In this document: one piece after another, positions 33,056 through 42,240 of the stretch | Layout of the letters: each line of letters begins with the position of its first letter | Numbering within the stretch: position 1 is the first letter of the stretch | NCBI GenBank assembly: GCA_024277435.1 | Contig: JAJRVJ010000005.1 | Coordinates: 25,747 to 89,746, forward strand | Length of the DNA: 64,000 nt | Direction of reading: 5' to 3' | From: Patescibacteria group bacterium | GTDB taxonomy: Bacteria > Patescibacteriota > Patescibacteriia > UBA9570 | The notes under the pieces: model-generated | Seen by the model: the letters and a program-made list of their open reading frames with translations, nothing else | Database searches by the model: none | Told to the model about the DNA's origin: nothing | Translations under genes and position numbers: made by a program

Positions 33056-33778
33056 TTACATTGGAAATAGTAAAAATTTCAATCCTACTACGAAAAGAAA
33101 TACTGCGATTACTATCCGAAATTTTTTCTGTGGTATACGATCCACTATTTTTTTTGCCGCGCTTGCCCCAAGTAATGATGCTGGGATAAAGAACAGAAAG
33201 CCCCACAGAAATCGTTGTTCTAATATAACGTCGTTCGATACATAGGTTGCAATACGCGTTGTATCAATAAATAATGCAATCGCTCCAGCTGTTGCGATAT
33301 AGACAGCTTTTGGTAAATCAAATGCAGTTAGAAATACTCCTCGAATAGCTCCACCAACACCAAATATGCCGGCAAAAAATCCTGATAACGCTCCGCCACT
33401 TACTGCCGCTACAGAACTTTTCGGAATTTTGAACGCAGGCTTCATAAAGAGAAACGCAACATACACTACTAAAAATCCTCCGAGGATTTGTGAAAGCAAC
33501 CTTTCAGAAACCGCGAATACCAAGTTTGCTCCTACGTAACTTGCAATAATACCTGTGATTCCAAATAGCAGTATCAATTTCCAACGAAATCCTTTTCGGA
33601 AAAGTATCATCTTCCAAATATCCCCAAACCAATGAATAACCCCAACAAGCAACAGCGTTTCGGGAAGCGGCAAGAACAATAACAATACAGGCACCATAAT
33701 GGTTGAGGTACCAAAACCTGTAAGCGTACCAACGCCACTAGCTACTACCGTAAGCAAGGTAATGTACAGTATTTCCAT
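33056..33778 (-). CDS. TauE/SafE family (TSUP) permease
   Basis: GTLTGFG...VP and SGFFAGIFGVGG repeats, about 8 TMs. Confidence 0.88.
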   Translation of the reverse strand: MEILYITLLTVVASGVGTLTGFGTSTIMVPVLLLFLPLPETLLLVGVIHWFGDIWKMILFRKGFRWKLILLFGITGIIASYVGANLVFAVSERLLSQILGGFLVVYVAFLFMKPAFKIPKSSVAAVSGGALSGFFAGIFGVGGAIRGVFLTAFDLPKAVYIATAGAIALFIDTTRIATYVSNDVILEQRFLWGFLFFIPASLLGASAAKKIVDRIPQKKFRIVIAVFLFVVGLKFLLFPM

Positions 33779-33787
33779 AACGCCTAT

Positions 33788-34219
33788 TTATTCTTTTGTA
33801 ATTGATACTATTGCGAACGTTTCATAATCGCTATCAACAATAGTTGTTTCATAACCAAATGCCCTGGTTAAATTCATCCCCTTTTTCATTTCACCATCGT
33901 AGGTATATTCAAACGCAATCCCAACCCCCTCCCACACACATACTACATCTTCTGGGCATGGTGAATTTGCAAAACTTGTAATTGTTACTTCATACCCTTC
34001 ACTCTCAATCTTAGCTGATTGATTTTCGTGCAATGTAAATTCCTCGCCTAGAGAAACAGATAAATCTTCATACGTCTCAGGTACATCTAACACTTCTGAG
34101 GTATTTGTTACATCTGGCTCTTGAAGATCTTCTGGAGTTGACTCTGTAAATCGTGTGCAGCCCGCAGCAACTAGCACTCCTGCGATTAATACCGCCAATG
34201 TTAAATGTGTTTTGTTCAT
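33788..34219 (-). CDS. hypothetical lipoprotein
   Basis: Lipobox AAGC; CPEDVVCVWEG motif. Confidence 0.7.
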   Translation of the reverse strand: MNKTHLTLAVLIAGVLVAAGCTRFTESTPEDLQEPDVTNTSEVLDVPETYEDLSVSLGEEFTLHENQSAKIESEGYEVTITSFANSPCPEDVVCVWEGVGIAFEYTYDGEMKKGMNLTRAFGYETTIVDSDYETFAIVSITKE

Positions 34220-34374
34220 ATACTTTAAGTATAGTAATTTAAAAAGCCATACGTATTATAACGAAATTTTACCACCATCAGCCAATACGGGCGAATACCC
34301 ACTCTCTCTAATAATCTTCAGAGAGATCATCAACGCTTGCTAAAGTGCTAAATCTGGTATAATCTACGTATTCT

Positions 34375-34821
34375 ATGCCAACGTTAGTACGAAACAAACG
34401 AGCTAAATATGATTACTCTGTCGTTGATGATTTTGAGGCTGGTTTGGTGTTAACTGGAGCGGAAGTAAAGTCTGTGAAAAACGGCCATGTTAGCCTTGAA
34501 GGCGCCTATGTAGGCATCACCGATAACCAACTTTGGCTTAAAAACATGCGGATTACACCCTATCAACAGAATAACCAACGGGAGTACGATCCTATGCGAC
34601 CGCGCCGCTTATTATTGCATCGTAAAGAGATTAGTAAACTAATTGGAAAAATGAAGCAGCAGGGCTTGACATTGGTTCCGGAATCCTTGTATACTACGAG
34701 GGGTTTTGTCAAGGCAAAACTCATTTTAGGTAAAGGTAAAAAGAAGTCCGACAAGCGAGCTACCATTAAAAAACGGGAGCTAGATCGCAGAGTAGGACGC
34801 GCCCTTCGACAAAAAGTCTAA
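34375..34821 (+). CDS. smpB: SsrA-binding protein
   Basis: NKRAKYDY, EAGLVLTGAEVKS, RRLLLHRKEI, GKGKK..DKR. Confidence 0.97.
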   Translation: MPTLVRNKRAKYDYSVVDDFEAGLVLTGAEVKSVKNGHVSLEGAYVGITDNQLWLKNMRITPYQQNNQREYDPMRPRRLLLHRKEISKLIGKMKQQGLTLVPESLYTTRGFVKAKLILGKGKKKSDKRATIKKRELDRRVGRALRQKV

Positions 34822-34868
34822 TAATAAACGTTCACGTTATTATTTGTGCTAATGTTAGCAGTAATAAC

Positions 34869-35260
34869 GGGGATGTTTATATTCGATGATATCGTTCTTT
34901 TCATTGCTTGCTAGATGTGCTGAATATCACATTAATCTGTTCAAAAGTACAATTGCAAACATCGTACAAAAGGCTAAAGCGAAAGTTGCAGCATTATTTG
35001 CTCAACCACTAGCTTTTGCTCCTGCTGTAGCCTAAAACCTACAGCCATCCACTGATCTGATGCCTCATAGGATCACTCGGGTGTCACTTTATAAGGCTAT
35101 GCTATATAGTTCTGGGACTATGTAGATGAAAATTGCTCTCAGATCGAAGGTTGCCGTTTTGGCTGTTTTCCAGGTTAACCTTTTAAATGAAAAAACTGCC
35201 TAGCTAGTAGACGGTAATGCGATAGCGTATTAGACGCGGGTGTGAGCCCCGCCATCTCCA
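34869..35260 (+). ncRNA. ssrA: tmRNA; tag (A)ANIVQKAKAKVAALFAQPLAFAPAVA at 34955-35035
   Basis: Acceptor stem GGGGATG/CATCTCC with G3.U, T-stem GCGGG/CCCGC, resume GCA after AATT, Ala-ending tag, stop codon inside a CTGTAG/CTACAG hairpin; directly after smpB. Confidence 0.92.
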
Positions 35261-35329
35261 CAATTACATGTAATGTACTGCCCCATCACACTTCAGTATC
35301 TTGCATAATTAATTACTAACACTACCACA

Positions 35330-35842
35330 ATTTCTAAGAAACGATTCCGCCGCAACGATCATATTCGCGTACCCGAAGTACGTGTAATTGACGAAAATGG
35401 CGAACAATTAGGCGTATTAAAAACCGCCGATGCTATACAACAAGCCAAAGCTCGAGGGCTAGACCTAGTGGAGGTATCTCCAATAGCTAAACCTCCTGTA
35501 TGTAAATTTGTTGATTATGGACAGTTACAGTACGAGCAAAAGAAAAAGGCTCGTCAACAAAAAGGCAAACAGAAGAAAACAGAAATCAAAGGCATTCGCC
35601 TTTCCACAACAATTGGAGAACACGATTTAGGTATTCGCCAAAAACAAGCAACAAAGTTCTTAGAAAAAGGGCATAAGGTTCAACTGGAACTACGCCTCCG
35701 TGGTAGACAAAAGGCTCATCCTGAAATCGGAGCTGATGTAATGAATAAATTTATTGAAGGATTAAGTGAAGTATCAAGTGTAGAAACACCTACACAAAGA
35801 AAAGGTGGAAAATTCACAGCAATGATTACCCCTAAAAAATAA
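35330..35842 (+). CDS. infC: translation initiation factor IF-3 (probable ATT start)
   Basis: Frame extends upstream of 35468 as ISKKRFRRNDHIRVPEVRVIDENGEQLG...; in-frame ATT at 35330. Confidence 0.93.
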   Translation: MSKKRFRRNDHIRVPEVRVIDENGEQLGVLKTADAIQQAKARGLDLVEVSPIAKPPVCKFVDYGQLQYEQKKKARQQKGKQKKTEIKGIRLSTTIGEHDLGIRQKQATKFLEKGHKVQLELRLRGRQKAHPEIGADVMNKFIEGLSEVSSVETPTQRKGGKFTAMITPKK

Positions 35843-35883
35843 TTAATGTAAGAACACGCCGCGGCATGTTCCAACGAATGAAT

Positions 35884-36090
35884 ATGGCTAATTCAAAAAT
35901 GAAAACAGTGAAAACCATTAGTAAGCGCGTAAAGCTTTCTAAAGGTAAGAAGAAAACCATCTCCGTCATAAAAGCTGGACAAGGACACTTCAACGCACGA
36001 CAAACTGGTAAAACCAAGCGTAATAAACGCGGACACACTGGTGTAGCAAAAGCTAACACTCGAAACATTCGCCGCGCAATTAACGGATAA
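35884..36090 (+). CDS. rpmI: 50S ribosomal protein L35
   Basis: KMKT.K..SKR.K...GK; lies between infC and rplT. Confidence 0.85.
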   Translation: MANSKMKTVKTISKRVKLSKGKKKTISVIKAGQGHFNARQTGKTKRNKRGHTGVAKANTRNIRRAING

Positions 36091-36101
36091 TAAGATTATA
36101 T

Positions 36102-36449
36102 ATGCCACGAGTAAAACGAGGAACTCAACACCTGAAAAAACGACGTAAACTATTAAAGCAAGCTAAGGGTTTTAAATGGGGTCGTAAGAATAAGGTAAAA
36201 TTAGCTAAAACTGCCGTAACAAAAGCTGGTGCAAATGCATACCGCGGACGTAAGCAAAAGAATCGTAACCGTAGAGCTGTATGGAATACAAAGATTAATG
36301 CAGCTGTTCGACCACATGATTACTCTTACAGCCGTTTTATCAACGACCTGAAGAAGAAAGATATTGTACTAAACCGAAAAGTACTCAGTGAACTCGCTGA
36401 ACATCATCCAGAAATAATGGAAAAATTAATCAATGAGGTAAAAGGATAG
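36102..36449 (+). CDS. rplT: 50S ribosomal protein L20
   Basis: MPRVKRG, AKGF.WGR, W..KINAA, YSRFI, LNRKVLSELA. Confidence 0.97.
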   Translation: MPRVKRGTQHLKKRRKLLKQAKGFKWGRKNKVKLAKTAVTKAGANAYRGRKQKNRNRRAVWNTKINAAVRPHDYSYSRFINDLKKKDIVLNRKVLSELAEHHPEIMEKLINEVKG

Positions 36450-36469
36450 TCGGTAATACAATTAGATAC

Positions 36470-36509
36470 AAATAAAAAATAGCGGCGATTAAGCCGCTAT
36501 TTTTTATTT
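36470..36509. terminator. bidirectional intrinsic terminator
   Basis: AAAAATAGCGGC-gattaa-GCCGCTATTTTT between convergent genes. Confidence 0.9.
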
Positions 36510-36524
36510 CAGTGTGCAACTCTA

Positions 36525-37661
36525 TTAGTAGAGTTGCACTTTCACTTTTTTGGACTTCTTTGTTTTCTCACCAGTACTGTACTTAGCCCAAGCTTGTACA
36601 TACACCTTTTTATTCTTCTTCCAGTGTTTCTTAGTGATCTTCTTTTTTATTGTTACTTTATTTTTACTTGCATTGAGCTTGTATTTTTTAGATACTTTTT
36701 TCTTTGATCCAACAGTTACGTAAATTTTACTTACATAATCGATCTCATTTTTATCCAAAGAATTTTTCCAATTCTTAAAGTTCACAACGAATGTTTTCTT
36801 TTTTGTGTTCTTCTTTTTAATCTTTGGTTTAGAAAATCGTTGCTTAGCAATACTATTGCTATCGGTAGTGAACGACGTCACTTCACTGGCAGCTATTTGA
36901 TTGGTCTCAAGATCTTCTGCCTCAATAGTATAATAATACGTAGTATTAGCTTCTAAATCAGAGATGGTAATTGTAGTATCTGTTGTTAAATCACTAAACG
37001 TTGGTTCACCGCCTTCTTGTAATTGCGATTCATCTGTACTATATAATACAGAATACCCGTTCAACGCTTCATTATCATACGCATCCCAAGTAAAGGCAAC
37101 ATTATTACCAAATACCACAGCTGCCGCATTTTCAACTTGAGCAGGAGCACCACTGTCGGCACCTGAGCAATCACCATCTCCGATGGTAAACGGCTCAGAC
37201 ATAGTATAACCAGAATCCTCTCCTGGTGGATTATCGGTAGTAGCACGTAATTCATAACAACCAGCTTCCGTAGGATTTACAATATTATTTAGAGTAAAAT
37301 TTGCTTCTGAACTAATGGAGGATACACTTAAGCTATACCCAATGCTTTGTCCACCCTGTTGAAGGGTTTCACCAATTGCGGAAATCCCTTCGCCCACAAC
37401 CAAGTTAGTAGAACTCCAGCCGTAGGTTGAATCTGTAGGCGAGCCATTTGGAGATTCTGCTAAAAACAGATGAATATACTCTACATCTGTACTCGCCATA
37501 TTTAACGTAACATTATAATCTGTAGCTGAACTTATAGTTGTATCATCAGCCGTAACAGTAACGGTAGAAATGTTACTGTCAGATGCTGCCTGAGCGCTAC
37601 CTACAAATGCCAACATAGTTGCCAGCGTAGTTGTAAGAAGAATTGAAAATACGCTCTTCAT
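36525..37661 (-). CDS. secreted acidic FN3-domain protein with Lys-rich C-terminal domain
   Basis: Signal peptide (AQA), FN3 'DLEANTTYYYTI', very basic last ~100 aa. Confidence 0.8.
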   Translation of the reverse strand: MKSVFSILLTTTLATMLAFVGSAQAASDSNISTVTVTADDTTISSATDYNVTLNMASTDVEYIHLFLAESPNGSPTDSTYGWSSTNLVVGEGISAIGETLQQGGQSIGYSLSVSSISSEANFTLNNIVNPTEAGCYELRATTDNPPGEDSGYTMSEPFTIGDGDCSGADSGAPAQVENAAAVVFGNNVAFTWDAYDNEALNGYSVLYSTDESQLQEGGEPTFSDLTTDTTITISDLEANTTYYYTIEAEDLETNQIAASEVTSFTTDSNSIAKQRFSKPKIKKKNTKKKTFVVNFKNWKNSLDKNEIDYVSKIYVTVGSKKKVSKKYKLNASKNKVTIKKKITKKHWKKNKKVYVQAWAKYSTGEKTKKSKKVKVQLY

Positions 37662-37766
37662 AGTGTACTTATATTTATTTAATATTTGTTAATTATACCA
37701 CTTAATTTAACACAGTATATCACAACATGCTTGTATTCTCAATATCAATAATGTTACCATTACACT

Positions 37767-38381
37767 ATGAAATTACTACAGCACAACTATACACCCGAAC
37801 AATGGCAGAAAATACTGCACTATGCAGACCTATTAAAAGAAAAAAATGCCGTTGTAAATTTAATATCTCGAAAAGATGTAGATAATGTACTGGAGCACCA
37901 TATCGCGCCTAGCCTTGCATTTGAGGTATTAGATAGAATAGAACCCAATGAATACATCATAGATATAGGTAGTGGTGGTGGATTACCTGGAATTGTGAAT
38001 GCTATACTATTTCCCGATAGTGAATTTCTTTTAGTGGATTCTACTAAGAAAAAAGTTGTGGCTATGCAAGAAATGATTACTGCACTTGGCCTATCCAATG
38101 TGGAAACACGCTGGAGCCGAGTTGAAGAGCTAGCGAAAGACCCAGCGCTAAAAGGTGTGTTTGATCGTAGTACTAGCCGGGCAGTAGCCAGTATGGATAA
38201 GCTTATTACCTGGAGTAAGCCATTACTCAAACCCGGCGGATGGGTTGAAGCCTTGAAAGGCGGCGATGTTTCCGAAGAGCTCAAACATATTACGCAACCA
38301 TATACCATTCATGAGTTCCCAAGCGAGTATCATATAAACGAAAAACTAGCCTCTGCCAAAATTATTAGTGTTCAGGTATAG
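37767..38381 (+). CDS. rsmG: 16S rRNA m7G527 methyltransferase RsmG
   Basis: NLISR, DIGSGGGLPGI, VDSTKKK, SRAVA, ALKG. Confidence 0.93.
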   Translation: MKLLQHNYTPEQWQKILHYADLLKEKNAVVNLISRKDVDNVLEHHIAPSLAFEVLDRIEPNEYIIDIGSGGGLPGIVNAILFPDSEFLLVDSTKKKVVAMQEMITALGLSNVETRWSRVEELAKDPALKGVFDRSTSRAVASMDKLITWSKPLLKPGGWVEALKGGDVSEELKHITQPYTIHEFPSEYHINEKLASAKIISVQV

Positions 38382-38421
38382 GTGGACAAGGGGTCATTTT
38401 TCTGCTATAATTCGTTGTAAT

Positions 38422-40209
38422 ATGAAAAAACACACGCCCCGCTGGTATATTCTACCAACAATTATTCTTAGTGCGCTCTTATGCGTATCGGTTGCAGCAC
38501 CGGCTCATGCAAAAGCTGCTCAATTTAAAAAAATCAATGATAGTGATCTTCGAATTACTAAAGTAACCATGCGCTATAAAAAGATTTCTAGCGCCAAACG
38601 CTATAAATTTGAATTATGGAGCAAAGGCGTTACTCGATCAAAATACGGTAAAGACAAAACATTTTATAAAAAACCCAAGAAGAAGAAAAAGAAAAAATAT
38701 TTTAAACTAAAAAGAGGTAATCTCAAAGCCAATCGTGACTACCGCATTCGTTATCGGGCTGTCTACAGTGGTAAACGCTTAGGGCAATGGTCGAATTGGA
38801 AAAATTTTACTACTAAAGATTATACCGCCACATTCAACCTCACTACCGATGACTCTCTACCTACGAATGATATCCCCTACGTATTCGTGGATGACTCATC
38901 TGATATTGAATCCGGCTCATACATGATGACTAAGGTAAGTGATAATGTTTGGACCGTGGATATAAATGACATTTCTACTGGTGACACAATTAAGTTTGCC
39001 TATAGCCGTAATGGTGGCGGACCAACTCTCTTTGAACAATTCACGCCAGATTACCCTACTGCACTACGTAGCTTTACCATAGATTCTGTTCCCTACGAAC
39101 GAGATATGGACACAGTAGAACAATGGCGCTGGGCAGAAAACCCAGAACCGAATGGAATAGTAGATGATACAAATTATGTTATTGATGATAGAAATCAATA
39201 TGTATTAAGTATTGGCCTACCAGAGGATCATAACGATGGATACGATGCGTTGGTAGAATCTACTATGCAAAAAATCGCCGACAATGGATTCAACTACGTT
39301 ACCATTAATAATTCCCCTCGCGTTATTATTAATGGAGATCCTGTTGAGTTAAGCAATGAGCCATTAGGAACGCAAACCGATGAACAACTCGCTACAATGA
39401 TTGCTGCAGCTGAAAGCGCTGGCTTGCAAGTAATTCTTTCAGTGCAAATGAAGGTTGATCCGGATAATGCGGATGAAATAGAATCTGAAATGAGTGGCAC
39501 GCATAGTGATAGTTACTACGAAGCCTATCTTACTCGCTGGCGTGAAGTAATGAATGATGGCGTAGATTTAGCTATCGAGCACAATGTACCAATTGTTGTA
39601 CTTGATAATCCATGGCATGACATGACTTACACCGATGACGATCAAAAAGCCATGGTAAACGGAAATATCAAAGGACTCTTAGCTACCATTACCGATGGTT
39701 ATTCAGGCACCGTAACAACTAGTACCTATGAAGAAGACGCCAAGTTAGATTTTTATAACTCCACATACATTGACTGGGTGGGTGTGCAGTGGTATCCAGA
39801 TCTATCAGATGATTATGATGACTCCGTGGCAAATATGTATGCAGATGCACTTACTGATATAGCAGAGATAGAAACCATTGGCACTACCTACTCTAAGCCA
39901 GTATTCATTCACAAATTTGGTGTTCATGGTTGGGATGGTGCCGCCGGGCCAGAATCAAGCAATACTGCTGGTGAAGGTTATGGCGCTGAGTATGCAGATG
40001 ACTCCACTCATCCAATCGACTATCAAGAACAAGCTGATGCCTATGAAGCAGCTTTTCATGCCATCGCCGATACAAACAATATTATTGGATCAACTTCAAT
40101 AAACTACACCTACCAAGATCAATTCGCAAAAACAGCCAATATTCGTAGCAAAATTGCGGAACAAGTTTGGCAACGCTGGGATGCACTGTTCGACGCCCAG
40201 ATAAATTAA
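38422..40209 (+). CDS. secreted protein: Lys-rich FN3 + CBM-like + GH113-like TIM barrel
   Basis: Signal peptide (AHA), FN3 'LKANRDYRIRYRA...WSNWKNFTT', barrel with IDWVGVQWY, KPVF..FG, QEQADAYEA. Confidence 0.75.
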   Translation: MKKHTPRWYILPTIILSALLCVSVAAPAHAKAAQFKKINDSDLRITKVTMRYKKISSAKRYKFELWSKGVTRSKYGKDKTFYKKPKKKKKKKYFKLKRGNLKANRDYRIRYRAVYSGKRLGQWSNWKNFTTKDYTATFNLTTDDSLPTNDIPYVFVDDSSDIESGSYMMTKVSDNVWTVDINDISTGDTIKFAYSRNGGGPTLFEQFTPDYPTALRSFTIDSVPYERDMDTVEQWRWAENPEPNGIVDDTNYVIDDRNQYVLSIGLPEDHNDGYDALVESTMQKIADNGFNYVTINNSPRVIINGDPVELSNEPLGTQTDEQLATMIAAAESAGLQVILSVQMKVDPDNADEIESEMSGTHSDSYYEAYLTRWREVMNDGVDLAIEHNVPIVVLDNPWHDMTYTDDDQKAMVNGNIKGLLATITDGYSGTVTTSTYEEDAKLDFYNSTYIDWVGVQWYPDLSDDYDDSVANMYADALTDIAEIETIGTTYSKPVFIHKFGVHGWDGAAGPESSNTAGEGYGAEYADDSTHPIDYQEQADAYEAAFHAIADTNNIIGSTSINYTYQDQFAKTANIRSKIAEQVWQRWDALFDAQIN

Positions 40210-40220
40210 ATTACACGGTG

Positions 40221-40256
40221 CACAGTAGAGGCGCATTGCAATGTGCCTCTACTGTG
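40221..40256. repeat. GTAG-type REP-like palindrome, possibly a terminator
   Basis: CACAGTAGAGGCGCAT-tgca-ATGTGCCTCTACTGTG between convergent genes. Confidence 0.65.
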
Positions 40257-40284
40257 ATAAAAACACATCTCCTACCATACTACA

Positions 40285-41475
40285 TTATCTCTGGTAATAT
40301 TCCCTGCCTTCTAGATGTTTAGGTAAATTAGACTCCCCTTTTTTTTGTGCACCATATCCTACATCCTTCATTAACTGTGTAGGAGCATTACGTAAATGCA
40401 TAGGCACTGCATCGTTAGGTGAATCTTTAATATCTTGCGCTACTTGCTTTGCGGCATTGTATGCTGCTCGCGATTTTGGAGCATTAGCGCAGTATGCTAC
40501 AGCCTGGAACACTGCATACTGGCACTCCGGCATCCCCAAAAAATGACAGGTTTGCTGTGCCGCCATACATAATTGCAATGCTTGCGGATCTGCATTCCCG
40601 ATATCTTCAGATGCAAATACAATTATTCGACGCATGATATACAAAGGATCCTCTCCAGCAAATAACATTCTTCCACACCAGTACAATGCGCCATTCACAT
40701 CACTTGCCCGCATAGTTTTATGCAGAGCGGAAATAATATTGTAGTGCTGTTCATCATGCTTGTCATAACGCAAAGCTACTTTTTCTAATATCCCATGCAC
40801 ATCATCCACTGTTACCGTCGAAACATCATCGTAGGTACTTTCCAGCATTTCAATAGTATTTAATGCTACGCGCGCATCTCCATCTGCTACATTTACAATT
40901 AATTCAACAACATCAGAGTGTAGGATCATGCCATGGCGTGATCCTACACGAGAAATGATCTCACGAATATTATCTTTATCAAGACGTTCGAATACAAATA
41001 CCTGACTACGAGATAATAACGCATTATTCAATTCAAATGATGGATTTTCTGTAGTAGCCCCAATGAGCGTAACAATACCCTGTTCTATATGTGGCAATAA
41101 CGCATCCTGCTGACTTTTATTCCAACGATGAATTTCATCAACAAACAATATCGTTTTTTTTGAATGCAGCTCTTTATCGTTACGCGCTGTCTCAACAATT
41201 GTTCGCAACTCTCGTACACCGGAACTCACAGCTGATATGGTGACAAATTTAGCTTGGGTAGATTCAGCAATAATTTTCGCCAACGTAGTTTTACCGGTTC
41301 CTGGTGGACCCCAAAATATCATCGATACCAATTGATCATTATCAATCATTCTACGAATTGCGCCATCCTTACCCACAATTTTTTCTTGCCCAATAAACTC
41401 AGATAAATTACTTGGTCGCAATTTCTCGGCTAGTGGCTGATGTTGTGATAAATTATTTTGAAATAGTGAGTCCAT
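40285..41475 (-). CDS. rarA: replication-associated recombination protein A (MgsA)
   Basis: PLAEKLRP, GPPGTGKTT, DEIHRWNKSQQD, GATTENP, ASEDIGNADP, VPMHLRNAPT. Confidence 0.95.
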   Translation of the reverse strand: MDSLFQNNLSQHQPLAEKLRPSNLSEFIGQEKIVGKDGAIRRMIDNDQLVSMIFWGPPGTGKTTLAKIIAESTQAKFVTISAVSSGVRELRTIVETARNDKELHSKKTILFVDEIHRWNKSQQDALLPHIEQGIVTLIGATTENPSFELNNALLSRSQVFVFERLDKDNIREIISRVGSRHGMILHSDVVELIVNVADGDARVALNTIEMLESTYDDVSTVTVDDVHGILEKVALRYDKHDEQHYNIISALHKTMRASDVNGALYWCGRMLFAGEDPLYIMRRIIVFASEDIGNADPQALQLCMAAQQTCHFLGMPECQYAVFQAVAYCANAPKSRAAYNAAKQVAQDIKDSPNDAVPMHLRNAPTQLMKDVGYGAQKKGESNLPKHLEGREYYQR

Positions 41476-41490
41476 ATGTATCGCTCATTA

Positions 41491-42147
41491 TTATATTTTG
41501 GTAGCAATCATAATGCCGGAATGTACCGGTATTGGTACGGCAATAAATTCATCGCTGCAAGCTAATAGTGCATTAAATTTTTGAGCTTGCTGAATACGCT
41601 CATCATCGGTTTCATCGGCCACAGTAGTATTGTTCCAGCTCGATGAAAAAATAATATTATCAACAACTAACATTGCTCCCGATTTCATTAAAGGGGTTAC
41701 AAGTTCTAAAAATTGTGGATACTCACGCTTATCTGCATCGATGAATACAAAGTCAAATGGCTCACCATCAAATTCTGTAAGATACTCCAACGCATCAACA
41801 TGATGTAAGAGCGCTGAATTCATATGCATGGCTGAAAAAAATTCTTTCGCTAAAGTATAATGCTTCAGCTCTTTTTCTAAAGTGATGATTGAACCCTTAT
41901 TGACAAGCCCCCGATGCATCCACCACGCTGAATATCCCCACATTGTTCCAATTTCCAAAATGTTCTTACTAGCAGTAGCTGCTACAAGAATTTGTAATAA
42001 CTTACCAAAGTCAGGTTTTATATGATGCGGCGGAATAGGAAGGGCGCGAGCCTTTTTTTCAAATTCACTAACAATATTAGGAACAACAATAAATGTGTCT
42101 CTGATATACTGATTTACTTTATCGCGTGATTCTAATGGTATTTCCAT
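41491..42147 (-). CDS. O-methyltransferase (CCoAOMT/TrmR-like)
   Basis: LEIGT..GYS, FDFVFIDADK, VVDN. Confidence 0.88.
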   Translation of the reverse strand: MEIPLESRDKVNQYIRDTFIVVPNIVSEFEKKARALPIPPHHIKPDFGKLLQILVAATASKNILEIGTMWGYSAWWMHRGLVNKGSIITLEKELKHYTLAKEFFSAMHMNSALLHHVDALEYLTEFDGEPFDFVFIDADKREYPQFLELVTPLMKSGAMLVVDNIIFSSSWNNTTVADETDDERIQQAQKFNALLACSDEFIAVPIPVHSGIMIATKI

Positions 42148-42207
42148 ATAATAAAAGCGCCTTAAGGCGCTTGTAGATGTAGTATACCAAACATACTCAA
42201 CCATGCA

Positions 42208-42235
42208 ATAGGGCGCGGAATTAACCACGCCCTAT
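42208..42235. repeat. REP-like palindrome or terminator
   Basis: ATAGGGCGCGG-aattaa-CCACGCCCTAT just past the DUF4349 gene stop. Confidence 0.5.
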
Positions 42236-42240
42236 ATATG

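Noticed and set aside
35240-35330. Element integrated at the tmRNA 3' end, or an L20 leader
   Set aside because: No integrase and no duplicated 3' end seen; only weak hairpins, not enough to call a leader
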